Below, piece by piece: positions 52,981 through 62,683 of a DNA stretch of 64,000 bases. The position numbers and the translations under genes are program-made. This stretch comes from Planctomycetota bacterium (GTDB lineage Bacteria; Planctomycetota; PLA2; JAEUHO01): assembly GCA_965223505.1 (NCBI GenBank), contig CBDCWP010000044.1:128001-192000 (forward strand). The letters run 5' to 3'. The notes below the pieces were generated by a model. The model did no database searches and had not been told where the DNA came from. It was given only the letters and a program-made list of their open reading frames with translations. Position 1 is the first letter of the stretch; each line of letters starts with the position of its first letter.

Positions 52981-54045
52981 CTACTTCCCGGTGAGGCGCT
53001 TCTTCACGTAGTCGAACAGCGTGTCGTACGCCGCGGCGGCGTCCTTGTCTTCCTTGTCCTTTGCGACCATCTTGCCGGCCTTCGAGAGCCACTCGATCTT
53101 GCCTTCCCAGTCGACGAGGATCGTCGGGCTCTCGACGCCCTTGGGGTAGCCCATCTTGCGAACCGCCGCCAGCAGCTCGCCGTCGGCGTCGATCATCAAC
53201 GGGCCCTTCCACTTGAGCGCCTTGGCCGCCTCCGCGACCTTGGCCTCGTCGACGGCTTCGCCTTCCTTCGACGGCCGGACCGCGATAATCAGGTTGAACT
53301 TCTTCGACTTGTACTTCTTGTGCAGCTTGATCATGGACTCGAGCGTCGCCGTGTCGTCCTCGGAGTCGATGCACCACCAGCGCACGGCGGTGATCGCGAA
53401 CTTGGAAAAGACGCGGTCCTTGCTCTTCTTGTCCAGCCACTTCGTGTCGTCTGGGATCTCCGGGAACGGCTGCTTGAGCATGCCGACGCCGTCCGCGGCG
53501 TCTTGCGCGAGCTTGTCGATCAACGTGACGAGCTTGTCGTGCTCGATCAGGAAGTCGTTGGCGCGCACGACACCCTGCGGGTCGATGACGATCATCCACG
53601 GCGTGCCCTGCGTCTTGTAGCGCTCGAGGACGTTGGAGCGTTTGCCGTCCGTGCCCGGGTCGTGGCCGACCGGGATCTTCAGCTCGAACTTGTCCGCGAC
53701 GGCCTTCGCGGCTTCGGCGGTGTTGGTCTCGAACCCCTCGAAGACCGTCTGGATCGTGACGAATTGAACGGCTTCGTTGCCCTTGTAGTGCTCGATCAGC
53801 TTCTGCAGCGCGGGGAACCCCCGCGAGTGGCAGCCGGGTCACCACGACTGATAGTTGTAGAGCATGAGAACGCGGCCGCGGAAGTCGCTGATCTCGAGCT
53901 TCTGCTTCCCGTCCGGAAGGTTGAACCACTTGTCGATGTCCCACTTCGGCGCATCGTTACCTTCGATGCCCTTGCCGAACGCGTCCTCGCTCGTCACGGG
54001 CATGAGGAGGAAGATGGCCAGTGCGGCCAGCGCCAGAACTCTCAT
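52981..54045 (-). CDS. Secreted peroxiredoxin/redoxin-like selenoprotein (UPGC) with a second degenerate Trx domain
   Basis: ORFs 53839..54045 and 52981..53595 are in frame; read-through gives GRVLMLYNYQSW-U-PGCHSRGFP...IQTVFEGF...GTPWMIVIDPQG. Confidence 0.9.
53809..53825 (-). promoter_or_regulatory. Candidate SECIS hairpin
   Basis: cgcgggg-GTT-ccccgcg; loop 20 nt after TGA (53841-53839). Confidence 0.65.
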
Positions 54046-54110
54046 GGTTTGCTCCCGGGTGGAGCGCCGATCTTACCGGCGGTGGCGGCTTGGAGCACGG
54101 GCTCAAGGGA

Positions 54111-55427
54111 CTATCGCATCTGTTCCCAGAGGGGGGCGCCTACGTACACATTGTCCCAGGGGGGCACCCTCAGCGCGTCCTCCTTCCGCTCGACGTCGCT
54201 GTCGCGAAGGTGCAGCGTCTGGATGCCGTCGACGTTCTGGAATCGCGCGATGTCGGCACGCGTGGCGTAGGACCCCATGTACGTGTGGTTGATGCCGTTC
54301 ATCGCGAAGTTCGATGCCGGATGGAGGAAGCGGCCCTTCACGTAGATGTGGTTGATTCCGTTCACCTCGAAGGTCCCCGCGACGTCCACGTCGACGACGA
54401 CGGTACTCTGCCCCTGGAGCTTCACGCGCCCGTTCAAGTTGCCCATGACCCGCAGGCGTCCCATCCCTGGGACGACCACGGTGCCGTCGAGGTCCCCTTC
54501 GACGAGGATGATGCCGCTGCTGGCCTCCACCACGGCGCCGGCCGCGACGTCCCCGCGCACGAACACCCCCAAGCCCGGCCCCTTGATGTTCGTTCGGAGC
54601 GTCCCCTCGACGATGAGCTGCGCCGGTCGCTTGAACTCGAGATCTGAGGTCGGCGGCGAGACGGCCATGACGTGGCTCTGCACCGTACCGCCGCGCACGG
54701 GAATCGAACCCGGAGCGGTCAGGAGTCCGGTGATGCGCTCGATCTCGTCGGCGCCGACGACGTTGCCCTGGACGGTGTCGGGAATGCGCAGCTTGCCGCC
54801 GCCCTCCGTCGACGGCACGGACGCGTAGCGAAGCGTCACCGTGCGCCGAAGCGCCTGGGCGTCCTGGCTCGTCGCAATCACCGCGACCTTGTAGACGGTG
54901 CCCGTTGCCGACCGCGCGAACACGAGCCCGAAGTAGCGGTCGTGCACGGGCTTGGTGGGGGAGAGCTCGAAGGTGGCAGGTTCGAACGTCGCCGGCGCGT
55001 CCACCGCGTAGCCGAAGCACTCGGCGCCCGTCGGAACGTCCTCACGCGTGAGCAGCGGCAACACCGCGCGCGCGGCCCCGTTCGGAAACGCGAGCGTCGT
55101 CAACGTCCGGATGTCCAGGCAGGCGACGTCCGCCGCGCCGCCGTCTTGCCGCGCATGTTCCTCGCCGAACACGTAGTCCTCGCCGATGCGCAGCACGGCG
55201 GTGCCGGGCGCGAACGGCTCGCTGGATTTGTCCGTGCCGCGGAGCTTCGGCGCGCGGGGAGACGCCTCGAGCATCTCGCGCGGGACGTCCGAGGAAGACG
55301 CAGCCGGACCGGCCGCGCTCGTTCCGGCGGGCTCGGTACGGGGGCCGGGCCGCTCTGGCTTCCAGAGCAACCAGGCACCCGCCGCCAGCAAGACGCCGAC
55401 AACGATGCCGGCCACGAATCGTCGCAC
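54111..55427 (-). CDS. Membrane-anchored hypothetical protein with C-terminal beta-helix-like repeats
   Basis: N-terminal TM; repeated (I/V)xVxGxLxG units (IVEGTL, FVRGDV, LVEGDLDG, RVMGNLNG). Confidence 0.55.
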   Translation of the reverse strand: MRRFVAGIVVGVLLAAGAWLLWKPERPGPRTEPAGTSAAGPAASSSDVPREMLEASPRAPKLRGTDKSSEPFAPGTAVLRIGEDYVFGEEHARQDGGAADVACLDIRTLTTLAFPNGAARAVLPLLTREDVPTGAECFGYAVDAPATFEPATFELSPTKPVHDRYFGLVFARSATGTVYKVAVIATSQDAQALRRTVTLRYASVPSTEGGGKLRIPDTVQGNVVGADEIERITGLLTAPGSIPVRGGTVQSHVMAVSPPTSDLEFKRPAQLIVEGTLRTNIKGPGLGVFVRGDVAAGAVVEASSGIILVEGDLDGTVVVPGMGRLRVMGNLNGRVKLQGQSTVVVDVDVAGTFEVNGINHIYVKGRFLHPASNFAMNGINHTYMGSYATRADIARFQNVDGIQTLHLRDSDVERKEDALRVPPWDNVYVGAPLWEQMR

Positions 55428-55507
55428 GTTGCCTCCGCTCCCAGTGACGCATCGCGACGTCTGGATCTTCCCGCCCACCTTCAGCGTGGATCGTACGATG
55501 GGCGCGT

Positions 55508-56209
55508 ATGAACTACCTCTCGCACGCCCGCAATCACCTCGGCCGGCCCTATGCGCTGGCCGGAACGGGCGCGCCCGACTGGATGCGCGTCTCCGACCGA
55601 CGGGCGCGCGTCGTCGTCGAAGACCTGCCCCTTCCCACCCGTGACGACGACTCCGACGAGGCGGAGCTGATCCGTGGGATGCACCGGCACTTCGTCGACG
55701 ACAAGTGGTTTCATCAAACCAAGGTGTTTCGCGGGCTGATGCGAACGATGCGCGACCGCCTGCGCGAACGGCACGGGTATCCGCGCGGACTGCGCCCGGT
55801 CTTCCGTGCGCACATCCTGATCGAGGTGTTGCTCGATGCGCACCTCATCCAGCAAAGGCCCGACGTCGTCGACCGCTACTACGACGAGCTCGGCGCCGTC
55901 GATCCGGAGCTCGTCGCGACCACGATCAACACCCACGCGACCCGACCCAACAACGGCCTCGCCGCGTTCATTCGGGGATACCGGACCTATCAGTTCCTGC
56001 GTTCCTACGTGGATGACGCGGAGGTCGTGAAGCGACTCGACCAGGTGGGCGGCCGTGTCGGCCTGCCGCGGCTCCCGCGCGGCTTCGTCGACGACGTCAC
56101 GTGGGCCCGACGTCTGGTGTCCCGCAACGCGGAGGCGCTGCTCGAACCGCCCCCGCACGTCACGGCCGACCTACAATGGCGTCATGACCCGCGAACGACT
56201 GACGCGTAG
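55508..56209 (+). CDS. ACP phosphodiesterase (AcpH)-like HD-type protein
   Basis: MNYLSHA, PD, GMHRHFVDDKWFH, HILIEVLLD. Confidence 0.6.
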   Translation: MNYLSHARNHLGRPYALAGTGAPDWMRVSDRRARVVVEDLPLPTRDDDSDEAELIRGMHRHFVDDKWFHQTKVFRGLMRTMRDRLRERHGYPRGLRPVFRAHILIEVLLDAHLIQQRPDVVDRYYDELGAVDPELVATTINTHATRPNNGLAAFIRGYRTYQFLRSYVDDAEVVKRLDQVGGRVGLPRLPRGFVDDVTWARRLVSRNAEALLEPPPHVTADLQWRHDPRTTDA

Positions 56210-57065
56210 GACCGTACTCAAGGGCGCGGCCGCGGCCGCCGCGCTCGGCGCCGTCGCGCCGGACGCGCTCGCCGAAGAGCCGAAAGCGCGAACGATCGAG
56301 CGCGCGCCCGCGGGCTTCGTCGGGCACGGTTCGCCGATGCTCGCCCTCGACGCCAAGAAGGGCGGTGAGCTCTCGAAGTGGACCGCCGCATTCTCGAAGC
56401 CGGTGGCCGTACTCGTCGTCTCCGCGCACTTCCAGAAGTCGCCGATCACCGTCGGCGCAGTGACCAAGCGGCCGTTGGTCTACGACTTCTCGAACTTCCC
56501 CAAGCGTCTGTATCGGCTGACCTACGATGCGCCGCCTGCGCCCAAGCTCGGGAAGCGAGTCGCCGACGTGTTGAAGCCACTCGGCGCCGTGCGCTCCGAT
56601 CCCCGTCGCGGCCACGATCACGGCACGTGGGTGCCCCTGCGCTGGATGTACGCGGACGCGGACGTACCCGTGCTCTCTCTCTCCCTTCCGTCGCACGATC
56701 CGAAGCAGCTGTGGCGGATCGGACGCGCGCTGCGCCCGTTGCGTGACGAAGGCGTGTTCGTCCTCGGCAGCGGCAACGTGACGCACAATCTGCGCAAGCT
56801 CGGTCGCGCGGGAAGCAAGACCCCCGCGTGGGCGGCGGACTTCGATGCCTGGTGCGAGCAGCGTCTCGTTCGCAACGACAAGGACGCCTTGTTGGACTGG
56901 CAGCGCAAGGCGCCGGCAGCACGCACGAACCATCCGACGGTCGAGCACTTCGTCCCGTTGCTCATCGCCGCGGGCGCCCGCTACGAGGGCGAACGCGCGA
57001 CGTTTCCCGTCGAGGGATTCGAGGCGGCGAGTGTCTCCCGCCGGTGCGTGCAGTTCGGCGCGTAG
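56184..57065 (+). CDS. DODA/YgiD-type class III extradiol dioxygenase with Tat signal
   Basis: TRRTVLKG signal; GHGSPM, SAH, YDFSNFP, DHGTW, GSGNVTHNL, HPTVEHFVPL. Confidence 0.88.
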   Translation: MTRERLTRRTVLKGAAAAAALGAVAPDALAEEPKARTIERAPAGFVGHGSPMLALDAKKGGELSKWTAAFSKPVAVLVVSAHFQKSPITVGAVTKRPLVYDFSNFPKRLYRLTYDAPPAPKLGKRVADVLKPLGAVRSDPRRGHDHGTWVPLRWMYADADVPVLSLSLPSHDPKQLWRIGRALRPLRDEGVFVLGSGNVTHNLRKLGRAGSKTPAWAADFDAWCEQRLVRNDKDALLDWQRKAPAARTNHPTVEHFVPLLIAAGARYEGERATFPVEGFEAASVSRRCVQFGA

Positions 57066-57185
57066 TGGAGCGCGACGATCGACCGAACCGCCACTGACAA
57101 CGCACAGACGTTTTGACCGCTTCGATGTGTTTTGGTCCAATCCCGGCTACTCGGGTCGTGAGACCCCATGGGTGGGAGGTGCTAG

Positions 57186-57675
57186 GTGGCCAGCTTCATC
57201 GACTTTCGCTACTTGAAGAAGAAGGGATCGATGCCCGGTCCCAACAAGGTCAAGGTCCAGGCGCAGAAGGTGCATGATCCCAATGTGGGTGGTGTCCAGA
57301 ACATCGATGTGGCCCAGAGCGGCAACATCGTCGAAGTTCACTCGCCGGAGCAGACGAGCTGGGCCGACGGCGTGGTGTGGGTCAAGGGCGGCGGCACGAC
57401 CGTGTGGGGCAACTGTCCGAACTGGAACCGCCTCGTGGTGCGGGTCATGAGCGCCGCCGGACAGGACGTCGGCGCGTTCGTCATCAGTCGCGACATGGCG
57501 CACCCCAACGCGGAACGCGCGTCGCTGTGCATCCTCGACGGGGGGACGGAGGCCTACACGATCGCTTCGACCACTGGCACGCCGAGCGCAGGACGTCCGG
57601 CAGGCGCCGGTCGAAGCGGGCACGTTTGTGGATCCGCCCAACATGTCTTCGAAGTTCATCCAGAAGCAGCAATAG
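57186..57675 (+). CDS. Small beta-rich hypothetical protein; frameshift near 57585 falsely fuses it to the next gene
   Basis: GGAGG + GTG. A shifted frame gives AQDVRQAPVEAGTFVDPPNMSSKFIQKQQ and TAG at 57673-57675. Confidence 0.5.
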
Positions 57676-57701
57676 GGCCGCGCGGGCGGCGTGGGGAAAC
57701 A

Positions 57702-60699
57702 GTGAGAACGCGGCGAGGCTGCTCGGTCCTGCTCTTGCTTTGGATCGTGTCGACGCCGTGGGCCGCGCCGCTGCGTGCCGACGACGAGGCGGCGCCGGCG
57801 CTGAGCACCATGGCTGCGGAGGTGCTCGCGGCCGCGAAGAAGTCGGACACGGACGCGCTCGCCAAGCTCGTCGAGAACGGGGACTTCGATCCGTGGCAGA
57901 TCGCGCACGAGCTGCTCGTCCACCGGCAAGGCGACGCGGCGTGGGCTTATTGCAACGCGACGAAACGTCCCGATCTCGAGCCGCTCACGCGGTACGTCCG
58001 CACCCACCGCCGCAAGCTGCTGTCGGTCGCGACGTGGAAGCACGTGCTGCGTCTCTCCGAGCTGAGCGGCGAGGAAAAGTGGTTCGACATGCTCGCGTAC
58101 ATCGACGAGCAGCGCGTCGACGTCGCGTCCGAAACCGTCGGCGTCGCGCGCGTTCTCTACTACCGGGGTTGGGCGCAATACCACCTCGAGAAGCCCGCGG
58201 ACGCGTCCCGGACCTGGTGGCGCGCCGGCGAGATCGCCACCGCCCTCGGCTGGCACGCCGGCGAGTGCGAGTCGCTGCGGCTGACGTTCAACGCGGCGCA
58301 GGACGCGTTCGACTTCCAGCTCGTCGTTCGGAGCCAGAAGGCGCTTGCGGAGTTGTTTGCCCGTATCGGTGATCGCCACCAAGCCGCCGCCGAGATCATC
58401 GATCTCGGAAGTGTCTACGGACAGATGGGCGACTATCACAGCGCGCTCTCGAACTACGAGTCGGCGCTGCGCAGCTACCAAGACGTCTTGTCGCCCTCGG
58501 TGCGAGCCCAGACGCTCGACAACGCCGCGTTGGCGTGCCTGCGGTTGGGTGACTACGCGCAGGCGAGGGGGTACGCCACGGATGCGCTCGCCGCCGCGCC
58601 CGAGGCGTCGCAGATCCAGACCGGCTTTCCCACGATCACGCTGGCGTTGATCGACACCGAGATCGGCGCGTACGACGACGCCCGCGCGCATCTCGATGCC
58701 GCCAGATCGATGTTCGAGAGCATGCCCGTGCCGCAAACCAATCCGGAGGAGGCCGCTTACTACGAACGCCTGAAGACCAAGGCGCTCGCGCAGGTGCAGG
58801 CCAGCCTCGGCGAGGTCGATCTGCTCGAGGCGAAGTACGAGGCGGCGCTGGCCAACATGCAGAAGGCGCTCGCGATCTTCGAGGAGCTCGAGGAGGAGCG
58901 CTTCGTCGTTCGGGCGCGCGGCACGATCGCAGTCATCACGGGCCGCATGGGCGATCGGCGCAAGGCGCTTCGCGAGCTCCAGGCCCGTGCGCGAAACGCA
59001 AGAGCGCATTCGCGACCGCGAGGGGCTGTGCGGTACGCTCGGCGAGATCGCGGAGCTGCAGCGCGCCGCCCAGAAGCCGCAGCTCGCGCTCTCGACACGC
59101 ACGGAGCAGCTCGCCGTCGCCGTCGACATGGGCTCGCTCGGCTTCGAAGCGGAGGCGTTGGCCCAGCTCGCCAAGCTGTATGTCGACCGCGGCGACTACG
59201 CGAAGGCGCTCGACCACGCCGACCGCTCGATCCAGCAGCTGCGACTCGCGTTCGACTCGCTCCCGCCGCGCCAGGCGGCGCTGGCCCGGCATCGAACCGC
59301 CGACGCGTCCGCCGTCGGCCTGGCGGCGTCGCTCGGGCTCGCCGCTGAGGACCCCGCGGCCCTCGCGGCGGTCTGCCGCCATCTCGAGGCGGAACGCTCC
59401 GCCGTGCTGCTCACGCAGGTGGAAGGACGGCGCGCGATCGGTCGGGCGAAAGTGAGCCCCGAGCTGCTCGAGCGCCAGGACGAGGCGCGCGCGGCCGAGG
59501 CGATCGCGCGCGCGGAGCTCCAGGCGGCGCACGAGAACGGCAACCTGCAGAAGCAACGCGACGCCCGCGCGCGCATGGAAGCCGAGCAGTCGAAGCGCAT
59601 CAAGGCGATCGACAGCATCCATCTCGAGCGCGGTCTCGCGGCGGACCTGCTCTACCCCGAACCAGCCGCGATCGAAGCGATCCAAGGAGCCCTGCGACCC
59701 GACGAAGCCATGGTGCTGTACGGAACGAACGCAGGCGAGACGATCGCGCTCGTGTTGACCACGACGCGTCGCGAGCTTCGCGAGTTGGGGCCGTGGGATG
59801 CCGTCGCGGCAGCGTGCGCCAAGGCCGCCGAAGATCCGAAGCACCCCGAACAGACGCAGCGCTTCGAAGCGCTGGGCAAGCTCCTCGCGACGCCGCTGAA
59901 GCTCGACACGTCGATCCGGCGCGTGCTGGTGTCGCCCAAGGGTATGCTCTCGTATCAGCCCTTTTCGATGCTCTTCCAGGACCGCGAGGTCACACACGTC
60001 TCGTCCGGCACCATCTATGCGCATCTCAACAAGCGCACGCCCATCGAATCCGGCGACGTGCTGGCCTTCGGCGACCCCGACTACGCGAAGTCGGAGAAGG
60101 GCACCACCGTCGTGTCGGAATACCGCGGTCGAAGACTTCGTTCCTTGCCCGGTTCCGCCGAAGAGGCGCGGCGTGTCGGCACCGTCGTACGCCTGCGAGG
60201 CGAGGCCAACGAAACGCGCGTGCGCGCCGACATCGCGAAACACGCGCCGCTACGCGGGCTGCACTTCGCGGCACATGGGCTGGTCGACGAACACCGACTC
60301 AGCCGGTCCGCCGTGGCGCTGACCCCGACGGAGGGCGAGGACGGCCGGCTCTTCGCATACGAGCTCAACCTCATGGACGTGGCGGCGGATCTGGTGGTCG
60401 TTTCCGCGTGCGCATCGGGCCGCGCGGGATTCGCGCAGGCCGAGGGCATCGTCGGACTGACCATGGCGTTCTTCGTGGCCGGTGCCCGGCGCGTGATCGT
60501 CAGCTCGTGGTCCGTCGACGACGAGGCCACGCGCGAGCTGATGATCAAGTTCCACGAGCTTTGGAATCACGAGAACCCGGAAGAGCGGCTGAGCGCGGGC
60601 GCGGCGCTCAAGGCCGCGCAGGAACACGTCAAGGCGCAGCCGAAGTGGTCCCACCCGCAGTTCTGGGGCGCCTGGCAGCTGTGGGGGCCGGCCGACTGA
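57702..60699 (+). CDS. TPR + CHAT (caspase-like) protease; frameshift near 58985
   Basis: Signal-peptide-like start, TPR repeats, CHAT motifs AFGDPDY, LPGSAEEA, LHFAAHG (His), VVSACASG (Cys), SSWSVDD, HPQFWGAW. Confidence 0.88.
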
Positions 60700-60708
60700 C
60701 GCCGCGCT

Positions 60709-61074
60709 TCAACGCGGGCTCAACGGAAGAGCGCGCGAATCTCCGCGCTCGTCGCGACTCACCACGGCCTTGCCGTTGCGCAGGATGACCGGGCGCCGCA
60801 ACAAGTTCGGCTCCTTCAGCGCCGCCGCCTTGAAGGCGGACTTCGAAGGCGGCTTGTCCTTCCAGCCGTTCTCCTTCGCGACCCTGTGCCGGGTGTTCAT
60901 CACGTCCTCGACGCTCGCGCCCTTCAGGATCGCGTCGAGTTCGCGCCGCGTCAGCGACTCCTTGGCGTAGTTGCGTTCGACGACGTCGGGGTCGAGCTCG
61001 CGCACGAGACCGCGCGCGGGACGGCAATCGCTTCAGGTGCTCTTCCAGAAGAAGATCGTCTCGGGGTTCGGCAT
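60709..61074 (-). CDS. ArsC/Spx-family selenoprotein (USDC); possible frameshift near the 3' end
   Basis: ATG 61074: MPNPETIFFWKST-U-SDC-RPARGL..., in frame with ORF 60709..61005 (ERNYAKESL, EPNLLRRPV). Confidence 0.85.
60999..61018 (-). promoter_or_regulatory. Candidate SECIS hairpin
   Basis: cgcgcgcg-GTCT-cgtgcgcg; loop 22 nt after TGA (61035-61033). Confidence 0.65.
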
Positions 61075-61084
61075 GCGCGGGAGT

Positions 61085-62680
61085 CTACTCGCGGTCTTTC
61101 GTCGCGCGTACGCGAAGTTCCAGGGTCAGCGCGCGGCCGTCGGCGAGGTTCCCGGCGGAGAGCCGTCTCGGTTCGTCGAAACCGACGACGACGTCGGCCC
61201 GAACGGTCGGACGGGCGAGCACCGGCAGGTCGACCGCGCCGTCGGGCAGGATGCGCGTCGAGACGTCGGTCTGCTGCAGCTCGGACGTGAGCTCCACGAC
61301 GACCTGCTTGCCGCCCGGCGCGATGCGCGCCAGCGCCGTGGTGAGCCATCCGTCGAAGTAGACGCCCATCCAGGGCGCCGAGATGGTCATGCCTCAGGCA
61401 ACCTCCGCGTCGACGTCGCGCAGAAATCTCCGATCGATGCCGATGCGCGCCGACGCCGGCCGTCCGTCCAGTGCCGGCAGGCGAACCGAGGCGATGCGTT
61501 CACTGCCCGCGCGCAGCTCCAGCTCGATGACGACCGCCGTCGCCGTGCTGCGGCCCAGCTCGGCGATGAGGTCACGCACGGCGCGCTGATCCGCCAACGA
61601 TGCGCCGACGAAGAGCCTGCCGTTCGCATCGAGCGCGAACTTGGCGCGCGGCGCCCGGCTCACGAGCGTCTCGGCCACGAACGCGGGCGCTGCGAGGGGC
61701 GCCATGAATGCGACGCCCGGGCGCATCAGCTGGGGGTCGTGGTCTCCCTCCTCGGGTCGGGGAAGGGCGAACCACGAGTCCAGTGCGAAGAACGACAGGT
61801 CGTAGCAGCGCAGCGTCCCGCGTTTCCCGGTCGCAGGCTGCGGCCCCGTGCGGCGGGGCGTCAGGCGAACCGTGTACGTGTCGTCACCGAGCGCCACGCG
61901 GCTCTCGATGGTCTCGTTCGGCATCGCGCGGCCCGAGACGCATGCAAGCGCGCCGCGGTACGCGGTCCGGTCGAACGTTCCGAGTCGGTGGATGTGCGTC
62001 GTTTCCACGCGCGCCGGCGCGAATGCGCCCGTCTGACAGATCGCCTCGAGGGCGATCCGGCCGCCGGGTTCGATGTCATAGGCGCGCACGTCGACCGAGA
62101 CGCCGTCGAACACGCGCGCGACCACCGGATTTCCCATGGCCGACGGCATGTTGCCGTCGCCGGCGATCTCGACGCCGTAGTCCGCAACGACGTCGCGCCC
62201 GGTCACGCGCTGGAAGTTGCCGCGGCCGCCCGTTGCGACCTGGATCTGTCCAGTGGTGCGCGTGCCGTCGGCGCGAATCACCTCGACGTCGACCTCGATG
62301 CGCCGCGCGACGTCGACGGCCAGCCGGGCGAGCTCGGTGCGCCGATCGCTCGCCGCGGCGCCCGGGACGTAGAACACCTCGTCGCCGAGGGCGAGGATGC
62401 GCTCCGCGCCCAGCACTTCCTCCAGCCAGGGAAGGACCGAGTCGAACTCCGCGCGAATCTCGTCGGTTTCGTTCCACGCTCGGGTCTCCTCGATCGCCCC
62501 GAGCAGGTACAGATCGTCGTGTGCGATGAGACCGAGCACCGGCCCCTGCACCTGCTGCGGGTCGCGGCGGAAGCTCTCGATTCGTACGAGCGCGCGCGGT
62601 TCTACGCCCGCATCCTCTGCGAAGGCCATGGCGGAGAGCGCGAACGACGCCGCGAACGCAAGGAGAAGCATCGAGCGCAC
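61085..62680 (-). CDS. Secreted secretin-like repeat protein with an in-frame TGA at 61396-61394
   Basis: ORFs 61394..62680 and 61085..61390 are in frame (…DAEVA-TGA-G-M-TISAPW…). The read-through segment aligns without gaps to DVEVAQDARIGDP...FEGW of the upstream paralog. Confidence 0.6.
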
Positions 62681-62683
62681 TGG

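Noticed and set aside
57186..59348. Single 720-aa ORF as one protein
   Set aside because: It appears to be a chimera caused by frameshifts: a signal-peptide-like segment lies internally at 57702 and the TPR region continues in ORF 58987..60699.
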